DNA of 64,000 nt, taken from positions 9,456-73,455 of the forward strand of contig JAZOUO010000009.1 in assembly GCA_045658225.1 (NCBI GenBank). The letters are read 5' to 3'. Positions 47,070-56,859 of the stretch are shown in pieces. Numbering within the stretch: position 1 is the stretch's first letter; every line of letters starts with the position of its first letter. Origin of the DNA: Eubacteriales bacterium (lineage in GTDB: Bacteria > Bacillota > Clostridia > Oscillospirales > CAG-272). The notes beneath the pieces are model-generated. The model had not been told where the DNA came from. It saw only the letters and a list, made by a program, of their open reading frames with translations, and did not search any database. A program made the position numbers and the translations under genes.

Positions 47070-47333
47070 TTATTCGTTAAATCCCGAACCTACAAGTGCT
47101 GCGAGTCCGTTAAGCGCGGCCTCTTCGTCCTGTCCGTCGGCAATAAGGGTAATTGTCATTCCCTTTGCGATGCCAAGTGAGAGAACTCCAAGCAAGCTCT
47201 TTGCATTTACCTTGCGATCATCCTTCTCCACGTATATAGAACACTTATAGCAGTTCGCCTTCTGAATGAAAAATGTTGCGGGTCTTGCATGCAGACCACT
47301 GTCGTTTGTTATAACAACTTCACGAGTTTTCAT
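47070..47333 (-). CDS. ptsH: phosphocarrier protein HPr
   Basis: 87 aa. GLHARPA carries His15 and KSLLGVLSLG carries Ser46. Confidence 0.85.
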   Translation of the reverse strand: MKTREVVITNDSGLHARPATFFIQKANCYKCSIYVEKDDRKVNAKSLLGVLSLGIAKGMTITLIADGQDEEAALNGLAALVGSGFNE

Positions 47334-47570
47334 ATATTTACTCCCCTATCGGCAGGCGCTAAAGCACTCTGCTCCTGATTTTTCTTGTGTGCCACAATCC
47401 CGCAAAAGCTAGGATTACAGTTTTAACCATAATAAGTATAACAAAAAGTTGTTGTAAAATCAAGAGACAATATGGAGTAATTTTGCACATACCAAGTGCA
47501 TTATTTTTGGCACAATGCACAAAACAATATGCTTTTTAAACGAAAATCAAGTATTGGCACGAAGGAAATG

Positions 47571-48101
47571 TTAATTTCCGTTCTTGTCTGTAAATTGCTT
47601 TACTGTTATTGTAAATTCAGTGTCGTCAGTATATACCTCTATTTTACTGCCGACAGTTATGTTCAAATCATCAAGGACGTAGTAATTGCCCTCTCTGCTC
47701 TTTTTCGTATTTCCGTTAAGCTTTATTTTTCCCTCAAATCTGACACGCTCATACATATCGTCAGAGGGTGTATCAGGACTTACGGGTATTTCCTCTGCAT
47801 TCGGCTCGTCAATAATAACCACCGCATACGCGCCGATTATATCTCCACTCTTATGAATATATCCTAAAAGCTCACCTGAGGATTTGATGTACACCTCTTC
47901 TCCGTCGAGAAGATACTTTGCAAGTGTTTCGTAATCCTCGCACTCAAACACAACGGTATACACGGGATTATCTTTTCTCGCGTCCTGTTTGGAATTCTGC
48001 GATATTTTATACACAACAGACGCTATAAGTATCACCACCAAAAGTATAATGAAAACGTCAAGAACATTAAAGGAAAATCTTTTTTTCATATTGTTGCTCA
48101 T
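47571..48101 (-). CDS. membrane-anchored beta-rich protein (DUF4330-like), unknown function
   Basis: 176 aa with an N-terminal TM. ATGA overlap with the upstream gene. Confidence 0.5.
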   Translation of the reverse strand: MSNNMKKRFSFNVLDVFIILLVVILIASVVYKISQNSKQDARKDNPVYTVVFECEDYETLAKYLLDGEEVYIKSSGELLGYIHKSGDIIGAYAVVIIDEPNAEEIPVSPDTPSDDMYERVRFEGKIKLNGNTKKSREGNYYVLDDLNITVGSKIEVYTDDTEFTITVKQFTDKNGN

Positions 48102-48709
48102 CAGTTTCCACCTCCTCGGCTTATTTCAACAATAGTAGCGTCAAATCCGCCCTCTTCTACTCGTAGCGAATATTCAGTGCCGACGGCTATTCTGTTGCCC
48201 CCTACGCTAAAACCCTCGCCTTTTCTGTATTTAGAAGAAACAGAAATGTCGGCGGTAATCTGTACGGTTCCGTCAGCTCCCTTAAGAAGAGCAACATTTA
48301 CTATTTTGCCAAAATAATATGTATTTCCGTCACAATCAAGGTATATCTCTTTACCCTTGAGCGCTTCGGGGTCTGTTGTACCATCTGCGTCGCATATGAG
48401 CAACGTATATTCAATATTCGCATCCTTATAGCTGTCGGCATAGTTTTTGAAAACAAAATATGCGCCAACAATAAGAGCCGCAACCACCAAAACTATAGCG
48501 ATAGCAATAATTATATCAAGAGCTAACGGAACACTTCTTTTTTTATCCGAGGATTTTTTATTCTGCTTGCTCTTTTCTTTTCTTTCGCCTATCAGAAAAT
48601 CTCCCTTATCCAAGCTGTCGGCGGAAATCTGATTGCCGCCAAACTTGTCTATATCGGCGTGCTTGAGATTCTTTTTATCATCGGGAGACATTTTTTTATT
48701 ATCTGTCAT
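48101..48709 (-). CDS. membrane-anchored beta-rich protein (DUF4330-like), unknown function
   Basis: 202 aa with a basic N-terminus, one TM and a beta-rich ectodomain. Same architecture as the downstream neighbour. Confidence 0.5.
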   Translation of the reverse strand: MTDNKKMSPDDKKNLKHADIDKFGGNQISADSLDKGDFLIGERKEKSKQNKKSSDKKRSVPLALDIIIAIAIVLVVAALIVGAYFVFKNYADSYKDANIEYTLLICDADGTTDPEALKGKEIYLDCDGNTYYFGKIVNVALLKGADGTVQITADISVSSKYRKGEGFSVGGNRIAVGTEYSLRVEEGGFDATIVEISRGGGN

Positions 48710-48733
48710 TTGAGCAATTCCTTTCGTTTTATC

Positions 48734-50716
48734 TTAATGGAATTTAACGTTTACATCTATTCTGTCGGGCTCAATGGTCCAGCCGATAAGCTTACGCTCA
48801 TCACGGACTCTGCCAAGTCGTACGTATCCGCAAAGAAGTGCGGTCATCATCCAGAACAGATAGAAAATTCTCATATCTTCCCACAAATTAGTGACCGTTC
48901 CGAGCATCAGCGCACTCGCGATACCACAGCTGAGGGCGATAACTATTCTGCGCACCTTTATATCAGTACAGGCAATAATATATCCAACAGCATTTTTGAA
49001 TACCCACGCGAAAAACAGGCAAAATGCCACAAGCCCTCCTATACCCGACCAGCACATTATCTGCATATACAGGTTAGCGGCAGACAATGCTCCTTCGGTA
49101 GAGTGTGTCGCATATGGGTAAAAGGCTTCAGCAAAAGCACACTCGCCAACTCCTACACCGTGAAGATTTCCGTTTTTCAACATATTCCACACACCCTCGT
49201 TGAGCTCTGTTCTTATAGAAGCGTCGGGATGATTTACGGGTCTGAACCCTTCCATGATACTGATTGCTCTATCGGTAATATTTCCTGGCACGAACGAGAA
49301 CACAAGATTTATTGCGATACAAGCTATAATAAATATTATCAATAGTGCCGCAAATGACCTTCTGCTATGTAATATACAGTATATCAAAAGTCCTATACAT
49401 ATTGCGAGGAGTGACTCATACGTTCCGTATATAAGAGACATAGCGATCGCCGCGCAGAAGCCCACAAACGATAGAGTTATTCCTGAAATGCTCTTTTTAG
49501 CACATGCATTACAGAAAAGTATCGGGCAAATAAGACAAGCAATTATGCCAAAATTAGATGCGCTATCGGCTATGTAGAATATCTTTTGCGATATCATATA
49601 CGATATACCGCTTTGATAATGTTTTATAGTATCCTCGACTACAGACAATACCATATCAAACATTCCCATAAAAATCAATATTCCAAACGATATCATCAAT
49701 GCTTTAAGACATGTGTTGAGCTTTTTCTCGTTTCTCATCAGGTTATACGTGATGTAAAATCCGCCTATAACCAATACCACCGCATATACTCCGTCGGCGA
49801 AAGTTTGCCAACCGCCCGCTGTAAACGACGATGCAAGTATCATAAATATACAGAAGAACGATAGCACTATTCCCTCGGTAGAACGAACGCCCACACGTTT
49901 ACCGCTACACACCTTAAAGAAGTATGAGGCGCAGGTCACGCAAACGAGAATAGGAAATATAAATCTCAGCTCCTTTGTGTACTGCAAAAATGGGACGGTC
50001 ACGGCTATCACCATAACACCTGACTCGGGGTGAGACATAATAACCAGAAGCAGAATGATTGCAAAAAACACAATTGGAATTATCAGCGTGGGCACAAAAT
50101 ACGTAAGCGCGCCCAATCCAACACCGATCAAAGCAATGATTGTCTTAAGCACAGATGATCCAACTCTCTTTTTGGTGACGAGCTTTTCCTCGGGAATCAT
50201 TAAGAATGATCTTACGAGCTTTCCTATAAACATACTTGAAGATGCTATTTCTGTAATTGACCTTTGAGACATCAACAATGGCACGGAAAGCAACACGATA
50301 GCCACGGGAACGCCTAGCTCAAGTATTATGTCACTCTCATAGTTTTGTATAAACATCAGAGCATATTTTGCAAAGGCCGCCGCAATGCCGTACGCCATAA
50401 ACAGTACACCGTAAACACTTATTGACATTGAAAGCATAACCGAGGTCAACTTTTTAAAAAATCCTGACACCATGCTCTTTGAAAAGAAGATATTTATCGC
50501 CGTAAATCCCTTTGACGAACGACCTATTTTTTTATCCTCAGCTATTCGGCGTATTCGGCTGTTGCCACAGGATTTATCATCCCGTACAAAAAACTGCCCC
50601 ACCCTGCTCGCATATATAAGCGATAGCAGACAAGCTATAATTTTGTTGTATATTCTGCCCAGAAAAAAGCGAGACTCTTTTTTCTCCGCGCCTCGTACTC
50701 GCTCCTGACGATCCAT
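48734..50716 (-). CDS. O-antigen ligase / Wzy-like polytopic membrane protein
   Basis: I prefer the ATG at 50716 (MDRQERV) with an AAGGAGG RBS 7 nt upstream. More than 12 TM segments and a large periplasmic-type loop near the C-terminus. Confidence 0.6.
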   Translation of the reverse strand: MDRQERVRGAEKKESRFFLGRIYNKIIACLLSLIYASRVGQFFVRDDKSCGNSRIRRIAEDKKIGRSSKGFTAINIFFSKSMVSGFFKKLTSVMLSMSISVYGVLFMAYGIAAAFAKYALMFIQNYESDIILELGVPVAIVLLSVPLLMSQRSITEIASSSMFIGKLVRSFLMIPEEKLVTKKRVGSSVLKTIIALIGVGLGALTYFVPTLIIPIVFFAIILLLVIMSHPESGVMVIAVTVPFLQYTKELRFIFPILVCVTCASYFFKVCSGKRVGVRSTEGIVLSFFCIFMILASSFTAGGWQTFADGVYAVVLVIGGFYITYNLMRNEKKLNTCLKALMISFGILIFMGMFDMVLSVVEDTIKHYQSGISYMISQKIFYIADSASNFGIIACLICPILFCNACAKKSISGITLSFVGFCAAIAMSLIYGTYESLLAICIGLLIYCILHSRRSFAALLIIFIIACIAINLVFSFVPGNITDRAISIMEGFRPVNHPDASIRTELNEGVWNMLKNGNLHGVGVGECAFAEAFYPYATHSTEGALSAANLYMQIMCWSGIGGLVAFCLFFAWVFKNAVGYIIACTDIKVRRIVIALSCGIASALMLGTVTNLWEDMRIFYLFWMMTALLCGYVRLGRVRDERKLIGWTIEPDRIDVNVKFH

Positions 50717-50745
50717 AAATATCCTCCTTTCCAATTGTTTTTAAA

Positions 50746-51447
50746 TCAATTTTTTTCAAGCAAATCAGGTCTGTTCTGCTCTGTCAATGCCTTGGCGGTT
50801 TCATCCCGCCATTTGTCTATATTTGCGTGATGTCCCGATATAAGCACGTCGGGCACTTTTACGCCGTGAAACTCATAAGGTCTTGTATATTGCGGATATT
50901 CCAGCATTCCTGAGGAAATGCTCTCTTTCTCGTGGCACTCAGGATCGGAAAGCACTCCGTCCACAAGTCTCGCCACACAGTCAACGAGTATGCACGCGGG
51001 GATCTCGCCACCCGTAAGAACGTAGTCTCCTATGGAAATCTCCTCGTCAACTATTTCGTCAACAATACGTCTGTCAACTCCCTCGTAGTGTCCGCAAAGG
51101 ATAATGAGGTTGTCAACGCGAGAAAGCTCCTCTGCCTTTTTCTGCGTCAGGACCTTACCCGCAGGTGACATATACACAACGCGGCGGCTCTCACACTCAA
51201 GTCCCTCAATCTTCTGATTTTCCAGAATAGCCGAGTAGCAATTATATATCGGAGGTGCCATCATAAGCATTCCCTTGCCTCCGCCGTAGGGGGTGTCGTC
51301 AACTCGTCTGTGCTTGTCCTCAGAGTAATCACGGATGTTGTGGAGTCTGACATCTATAAAATTGTTTTTTCTCGCCCGACCGATTATACTCTCCGAGAGA
51401 ATATAATCCACCATGTCGGGAAAAAGCGTCATAATATCAAATCTCAT
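50746..51447 (-). CDS. trmD: tRNA (guanine37-N1)-methyltransferase
   Basis: 233 aa. MRFDIMTLFPDM...DDTPYGGGKGMLM...CGHYEGVDRR matches TrmD. Confidence 0.95.
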   Translation of the reverse strand: MRFDIMTLFPDMVDYILSESIIGRARKNNFIDVRLHNIRDYSEDKHRRVDDTPYGGGKGMLMMAPPIYNCYSAILENQKIEGLECESRRVVYMSPAGKVLTQKKAEELSRVDNLIILCGHYEGVDRRIVDEIVDEEISIGDYVLTGGEIPACILVDCVARLVDGVLSDPECHEKESISSGMLEYPQYTRPYEFHGVKVPDVLISGHHANIDKWRDETAKALTEQNRPDLLEKN

Positions 51448-51458
51448 AGCTACTCCAA

Positions 51459-51971
51459 TCAGTCGTAAAGCATTCCGGGTATTACCTCAACGTACACTCC
51501 CTTGTCTATATCAGTCTTCTTGACAAATTCCTTTACGGCGGGCATCATTCTCTCACCATCGGGAGTTTTTACGACGTATATATCAGACGCGCCCTTGTTC
51601 TGCACGTCAATTATTTGACCGTAGACCTTGCCGCTTATATTGTCAATCACATCAAGCCCGATAAGGTCTGCTATAAAGTAGCTTCCCTCGGGGAGCTTGA
51701 AATCTTTTCTCGCCGCATATACAGTGGTGTTCTTGAGAGCGATGGCCTTGTCCATATTATCAACACCCTCAAGTCTTGCTATGACGAAATTCTTAAACAC
51801 GGATGCTTTGAGTACCTTCGTCGCACGATAATCTCCGTCCTCGTAAAAGTAAATTTTCTTAAACGATGCCAGTATGTTGGGGGTGTCGCAAAGTGACTCC
51901 AACTTTACATCTCCGTTTACTCCGTGAGTGTTTATAATAATACCGCATTCAAGATAATTGTTCTTCTTCAT
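51459..51971 (-). CDS. rimM: 16S rRNA processing protein RimM
   Basis: 170 aa. G-I-NTHGVNGDVK and the PRC barrel pattern. Located upstream of trmD. Confidence 0.9.
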   Translation of the reverse strand: MKKNNYLECGIIINTHGVNGDVKLESLCDTPNILASFKKIYFYEDGDYRATKVLKASVFKNFVIARLEGVDNMDKAIALKNTTVYAARKDFKLPEGSYFIADLIGLDVIDNISGKVYGQIIDVQNKGASDIYVVKTPDGERMMPAVKEFVKKTDIDKGVYVEVIPGMLYD

Positions 51972-52188
51972 TTCCGCATTTTTACCCTTAATTTTGATTA
52001 TAAATATAGTAATACAGAATAATTATAACATAACTTATAGAAAAATGCAACCAAAAACGCAATTTTTTTTGCGGAATACTCAACAAATCTACATTATAAA
52101 AAAATTTACAATTAGGTATTGAATTCCCTCTCTTATTGATGTAGAATAATGTGAAAGTAAAAATGCATTTAAGGAAAGGAATATTATC

Positions 52189-52473
52189 ATGCCAACAGAA
52201 TTGATTACAACAATTATAATGGTACTTGCCATCGGAGCTATGTTCTTCTTTATGTGGCGTTCCAACAAAAAGCAGGAAAAGCAGACTAAAGATATGCTTT
52301 CAAATCTTCAGGTAGGCGATGAGATCACCACTATCGGCGGCATTATAGGTAAGATCGTTAGCATCAAGGAGGAAACCTGTGTTATCGAGACCTCCCGCGA
52401 CTGTACAAAGATCCGTATCCTCAAGAGCTCTGTAAGCCGTGTTGACGTAAAGGCTGAGGACTCTATAGACTGA
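52189..52473 (+). CDS. yajC: preprotein translocase subunit YajC
   Basis: 94 aa with one TM. LQVGDEITTIGGIIGKIVSIKE matches YajC. Confidence 0.85.
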   Translation: MPTELITTIIMVLAIGAMFFFMWRSNKKQEKQTKDMLSNLQVGDEITTIGGIIGKIVSIKEETCVIETSRDCTKIRILKSSVSRVDVKAEDSID

Positions 52474-52494
52474 TTTTTTTCAAAAAGAATAAAA

Positions 52495-52553
52495 AAGTCT
52501 CCGAGTACATATATTTTACCAATCGTGGAAAATATATATTCGGAGGCTTTTTT
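52495..52553 (+). terminator. yajC terminator (long AT-rich stem)
   Basis: AAGTCTCCGAGTACATATATTTT...AAAATATATATTCGGAGGCTT + TTTT. It abuts the next ATG. Confidence 0.6.
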
Positions 52554-53027
52554 ATGGACACAAAAAGAAAAACTTACGCGCACCGCGCCCGACATAATGA
52601 AAGTGAGAACGATGTATCCCTTGTCACAGCTATAAGAGCCTGCACCTGTGGCTTGCTTGTATCCTTTGCGGCGGCTGTTTTAATGTTAAGTATTCTCGCA
52701 GTTTACGCGCTCACAAGGCCCGACCCGGAAGGATTTTTACTTCCCATAGCGTCTTTTTTGTGCTATCCCAGTGCTATTTTTGGCGGTTTTATGAGCTGTA
52801 AATTATACCGTGGAAGTCCCGTGCTTTGCGGTGTGATATTTGCGCTTATGAATATCGTAGTATCTATGGTGCTATATCCGCTGCTGCCATCAACTGACGC
52901 AGGCTCACTTTCTACATTCTGGTTTTTTGCCTTGCGTGGACTTCTCGTTCTTTGCTGCGCGGTAGGCTCGTTTTTAGGCGCTAAATCTCTTGCGGTATCA
53001 GGAAAAAGACGGCGCAGAAGAAGATAA
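52554..53027 (+). CDS. hypothetical 4-TM membrane protein
   Basis: 157 aa, hydrophobic, with an RRRRRR C-terminus. The start directly follows the terminator T-run, so expression is uncertain. Confidence 0.45.
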   Translation: MDTKRKTYAHRARHNESENDVSLVTAIRACTCGLLVSFAAAVLMLSILAVYALTRPDPEGFLLPIASFLCYPSAIFGGFMSCKLYRGSPVLCGVIFALMNIVVSMVLYPLLPSTDAGSLSTFWFFALRGLLVLCCAVGSFLGAKSLAVSGKRRRRRR

Positions 53028-53028
53028 T

Positions 53029-53060
53029 AAAAAACGCAGACTTGCTGTCTGCGTTTTTTT
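53029..53060. terminator. bidirectional terminator between convergent genes
   Basis: AAAAACGCAGAC-ttgct-GTCTGCGTTTTTTT. Confidence 0.8.
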
Positions 53061-53859
53061 ATTTTACCGCGTGATAAAAATCAAGTGAATCAAAGCTTCT
53101 GCCTAGGTGTGAGGTGACATAAGTCTCGGCAAGCTTTGCGAGTATTTCAAGCTCGTCATCGTCGTTGATATCAAACGAAAATGCCTTTTCGGGCTGAGCG
53201 CTCAACACGTATTTGAGCGCAACGGCTACCGACGAGGTCATAGGAGAAATAACGCTCGCTTCTCTTACGTCCTCAAAGTCACGGGAAATGTTTTTGACCT
53301 TATCCCCACGCTCCTTAAAGCAGTCCGCGCACATTATGCGTACGCCAAGCACGTCAAGATACATATTATCGGCAATAATCGATTTGCAGTATTTACAACA
53401 GGACACGTCGGGCATATATCCCGATAACGCCATAGCGCGAAGCTCAAAGGTCGCCTTGACAAGCGGTACTTTTTTCTTTCCCTTGCCAAGCAAATACATT
53501 GAGTTTAGCAGCAATCGGAGTATATCCTCACACTCATCGGACTCGTCGGTAAGCTCGTTTGCAACCTCGCACATGTAAGTCGCCGCCGCAATACGCACAA
53601 TATCCTCCGAAAGACTGTAAAACGGGTCCATCACCATTCCGCCGCGAAGCCAATACATTCCGTTTTTTTCGTATATCTCAAAATTTCCGTATGTAAATAA
53701 CTGTGACAGCGACGCGGTCTTACTATCGGGTGAGCGTGAGCCCTTGACAAGCACCCCAATACGACCGCGGTTAGGGGTGATTATATTCAAGAATTTGTCG
53801 CTTCCAGTGGCATCACTAACGCGCGTGACGACACCGTCGGTTGCAAAAAGCATATTCAC
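53059..53859 (-). CDS. recO: DNA repair protein RecO
   Basis: 266 aa with an OB-fold N-terminus and a CKYC...CADC zinc motif. Located downstream of era. Confidence 0.85.
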   Translation of the reverse strand: MNMLFATDGVVTRVSDATGSDKFLNIITPNRGRIGVLVKGSRSPDSKTASLSQLFTYGNFEIYEKNGMYWLRGGMVMDPFYSLSEDIVRIAAATYMCEVANELTDESDECEDILRLLLNSMYLLGKGKKKVPLVKATFELRAMALSGYMPDVSCCKYCKSIIADNMYLDVLGVRIMCADCFKERGDKVKNISRDFEDVREASVISPMTSSVAVALKYVLSAQPEKAFSFDINDDDELEILAKLAETYVTSHLGRSFDSLDFYHAVK

Positions 53860-53884
53860 CCCTCCCCTCGTTAAATCTCAAAAA

Positions 53885-54769
53885 TCAATCTTCGGTAAAT
53901 CCGAAGTCGGTTATTCCTCTCCGACTGTCACGCCAATTTTCCTTAACCTTTACCCAAAGGTTGAGATAAACCTTCATATCGAATATTTCCTCAAGGTCGG
54001 CGCGGGCATACGAGCCTACTCGCTTGAGCTCCTCTCCGTTTTTACCTACGATTATTCCCTTGTGGGACGCCTTCTCGCAGAATATCTCCGCGCGGATACG
54101 GCAGAGCTTGCCCTCAACCTTGAATTCCTCTATCGCAACGGCAATTCCGTGAGGTATCTCCTTGTCAAGCGTGCGAAGCAGCTTTTCACGGATTACCTCT
54201 GCCGCAACCTGTCGCTCGGACTGGTCGGTAATCATATCCTCAGGGAAGAAAAAGTCAGACTCGGTGAGGAATTGCTCGCATTCCGAGAGCAGTGCGTCAA
54301 CTCCCTTTCCGTTTTTTGCACATATCGGCACGACCGCCTCAAAATTGTGAAGCGCGGCATATGCCACGATAGTCTCCGCTATCTGCTTGCGGCGGTACAT
54401 ATCTATCTTGTTGAGAGCGAGAATACAGGGCGTTTCCGTTCTCTTGACGTAGTCAATGACCTTTTGCTCAATATCGCTCACGGACTTGCCCGTATCGACT
54501 ACGAGCACCACAGCGTCGGCGTCCTGCATAGTGGAGTTCGCCGCCTTTACCATAAAAGTACCGAGTGAGTTGCGAGGCTTGAATATTCCCGGTGTATCAA
54601 GGAAAACGTACTGCTTGTCCTCTACCGTGTGAATACCCATTATTCTGTTTCTCGTGGTCTGGGGCTTTGACGAAACTATCGCCACCTTCTCGCCCAAAAT
54701 ATTGTTCATAAGCGTGGACTTGCCCACGTTAGGTCTGCCTACTATAGCTATAAAAGCCGTCTTGCTCAT
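53885..54769 (-). CDS. era: GTPase Era
   Basis: 294 aa. Motifs are GRPNVGKST, DTPG and NKID, with a KH domain. Confidence 0.95.
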   Translation of the reverse strand: MSKTAFIAIVGRPNVGKSTLMNNILGEKVAIVSSKPQTTRNRIMGIHTVEDKQYVFLDTPGIFKPRNSLGTFMVKAANSTMQDADAVVLVVDTGKSVSDIEQKVIDYVKRTETPCILALNKIDMYRRKQIAETIVAYAALHNFEAVVPICAKNGKGVDALLSECEQFLTESDFFFPEDMITDQSERQVAAEVIREKLLRTLDKEIPHGIAVAIEEFKVEGKLCRIRAEIFCEKASHKGIIVGKNGEELKRVGSYARADLEEIFDMKVYLNLWVKVKENWRDSRRGITDFGFTED

Positions 54770-55305
54770 TAGTCTTCCTCTCTTTGCTGCATTGTTTTAT
54801 TAACGAACGCCTCGGCGTCATTCTTGCGAATATCTATAACCTCTCCCGTGCCCTCAAAATCAATAAGGTACACGTAGTCAGGCGACTTATCTATACTCTC
54901 TCCGCCTACCCAGATTATATATCCCGTATTCCCCACGGGGTATTCGCGTTTTATGTATTTTTTACCGTCTATCTTGTAGCTTATATCGGTATAATTATAT
55001 TTCTGAAAATGTATCCAGCTTACCTCAATACCCATATCCGACAAAAGATACACGGTTTTCATAGATATATCTGTCTTATCGTCTACCTGATTTTTTCGTT
55101 CCTCTATTTTGTCCGCTATCCATTTGACGTTAAAGGGCCCGAAAAATATCAGAAAGACCAGGATACAGATTATAAAGGTTATGAGCTTGGGATAGGTTTG
55201 CCAAAGGCTTTGTCGGCGTTTTGGTGTTTTATCCCTCGTCTGCGTCTTTTGCTCCCCCGACTGTGCCCTTTGCTCGCGCAGAGCGCGTCTTTCACTCGGT
55301 TTCAA
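54769..55305 (-). CDS. hypothetical membrane-anchored protein
   Basis: 178 aa with a basic N-terminus, one TM and a small ectodomain. Overlaps the era start. Confidence 0.5.
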   Translation of the reverse strand: MKPSERRALREQRAQSGEQKTQTRDKTPKRRQSLWQTYPKLITFIICILVFLIFFGPFNVKWIADKIEERKNQVDDKTDISMKTVYLLSDMGIEVSWIHFQKYNYTDISYKIDGKKYIKREYPVGNTGYIIWVGGESIDKSPDYVYLIDFEGTGEVIDIRKNDAEAFVNKTMQQREED

Positions 55306-55323
55306 GATATATTCCTCCTGAAT

Positions 55324-55818
55324 TTATTTTACTCCAAGTCCAATAATGTTCATTATCTCGCTCTGGCGGGCACGCATATTCTTGTCATCCTCCTCGCTTG
55401 TCTCGTGGTCGTAGCCAAGTAAGTGGAGCATAGAGTGTACACACAAAAACGCAACCTCGCGCTCAAAAGAATGTCCGTATTCCTCTGCCTGTTCCTTTGC
55501 TTTTTCAAGAGATATAACTATATCTCCAAGCATATTCATTATGTCGTCCACAGGGGGTTCCTCACTCTCACCATCAAAATCAAACAGCGGGAACGAAAGG
55601 ACATCCGTAGGTCTGTCTATCTGTCTGAACTTGTTGTTAAGCTCGCGTATTCCCTCATTGTCGGTAAAGGTCACGGACACCTCGCACAGATTTCTGTAAT
55701 CCTCAAAATCAAGAGTTGCCTCAACTGCCTCTCTTATAAGCATTTTGAGCTTGTAGGTTATGGGGAGCTTGTCCTGCTCATTCTCAAAATATATCTTAAG
55801 CTTCATTTTTCTGTTCAT
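55324..55818 (-). CDS. ybeY: rRNA maturation RNase YbeY
   Basis: 164 aa. The zinc motif is HSMLHLLGYDH. Confidence 0.9.
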   Translation of the reverse strand: MNRKMKLKIYFENEQDKLPITYKLKMLIREAVEATLDFEDYRNLCEVSVTFTDNEGIRELNNKFRQIDRPTDVLSFPLFDFDGESEEPPVDDIMNMLGDIVISLEKAKEQAEEYGHSFEREVAFLCVHSMLHLLGYDHETSEEDDKNMRARQSEIMNIIGLGVK

Positions 55819-55833
55819 AGTGCTATCCTCACT

Positions 55834-56859
55834 TTAGTCCTTTTTGTTGCTTTTTTGATTGTTCTGCTTTTTTGCGTATTTTTCGTGTTGCTCGCGCTCA
55901 AATTTCTCGTACGCAAGAATTATCTTTTGTACAAGCTTATGTCTTACTACGTCTCGCTCGGAAAAATTGTGAATTGCTATATCGTCAATTCCCGCAAGTA
56001 TCTTTACCGCCATAGCAAGTCCACTCTTTTGTCCCGAGGGCAAGTCTGTCTGCGTCAGGTCACCCGTGACTACCGCCTTGGAATTGAAGCCCAGTCGCGT
56101 CAGAAACATCTTCATCTGCTCGGGTGTGCAGTTCTGCGCTTCGTCAAGAATTATGAAAGAGTCGTCAAGCGTTCGTCCTCGCATATACGCAAGCGGAGCT
56201 ATCTCTATTACTCCCCTCTCGACCTGCTTTTGATAGTTCTCCGCGCCCATCATTTCGTATAGTGCGTCGTAAAGCGGGCGTAGATATGGGTCTATCTTGC
56301 TCTGAAGGTCGCCGGGCAGAAATCCCAGCTTCTCGCCCGCCTCTATCGCGGGACGTGTCAAAATTATTCGCGAGACCTGCTTTTCTCGTAAAGCCTTTAC
56401 CGCCATAGCGACCGCAAGAAATGTCTTACCCGTTCCCGCAGGGCCTGTGCCTATAACGATAGTGTTTTTCTGTATCGCACGGACATACTGCTTTTGTCCT
56501 ACCGTCTTTGCCTTTATGGGCTTGCCCTTCATCGTCACGAAAATACAGTCGTCGCCGAGAGAATCAAGCTCACCCGCCTTACCTGCCGTGACCATATCGC
56601 AGATGTATATAACACTCTGCTCGTTTATATCCTCGTTATATTTTGCCATTTTAACAAGGTACGCTACCGCGTCTGACGCCTGCTTTATTCTGCCCTCGTC
56701 GTCGCCCGACACGATTATCGCGTCGCTTCCGTCGTCAGCTAACCTGTTGTTGAGAGTGACTCCAAACTTGCGCTCTATCACCTTGGCGTTTGCGTCAAAG
56801 CTCCCGAATATCGCCGACACGATATTCTGTCCCTCCACCTTTATTATTTTACTGCTCAT
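55834..56859 (-). CDS. phoH: PhoH-family ATPase
   Basis: I prefer the ATG at 56859 (MSSKIIKVEG, GAGGA RBS). Motifs are GPAGTGKTFLAVA and ILDEAQN. Confidence 0.9.
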   Translation of the reverse strand: MSSKIIKVEGQNIVSAIFGSFDANAKVIERKFGVTLNNRLADDGSDAIIVSGDDEGRIKQASDAVAYLVKMAKYNEDINEQSVIYICDMVTAGKAGELDSLGDDCIFVTMKGKPIKAKTVGQKQYVRAIQKNTIVIGTGPAGTGKTFLAVAMAVKALREKQVSRIILTRPAIEAGEKLGFLPGDLQSKIDPYLRPLYDALYEMMGAENYQKQVERGVIEIAPLAYMRGRTLDDSFIILDEAQNCTPEQMKMFLTRLGFNSKAVVTGDLTQTDLPSGQKSGLAMAVKILAGIDDIAIHNFSERDVVRHKLVQKIILAYEKFEREQHEKYAKKQNNQKSNKKD

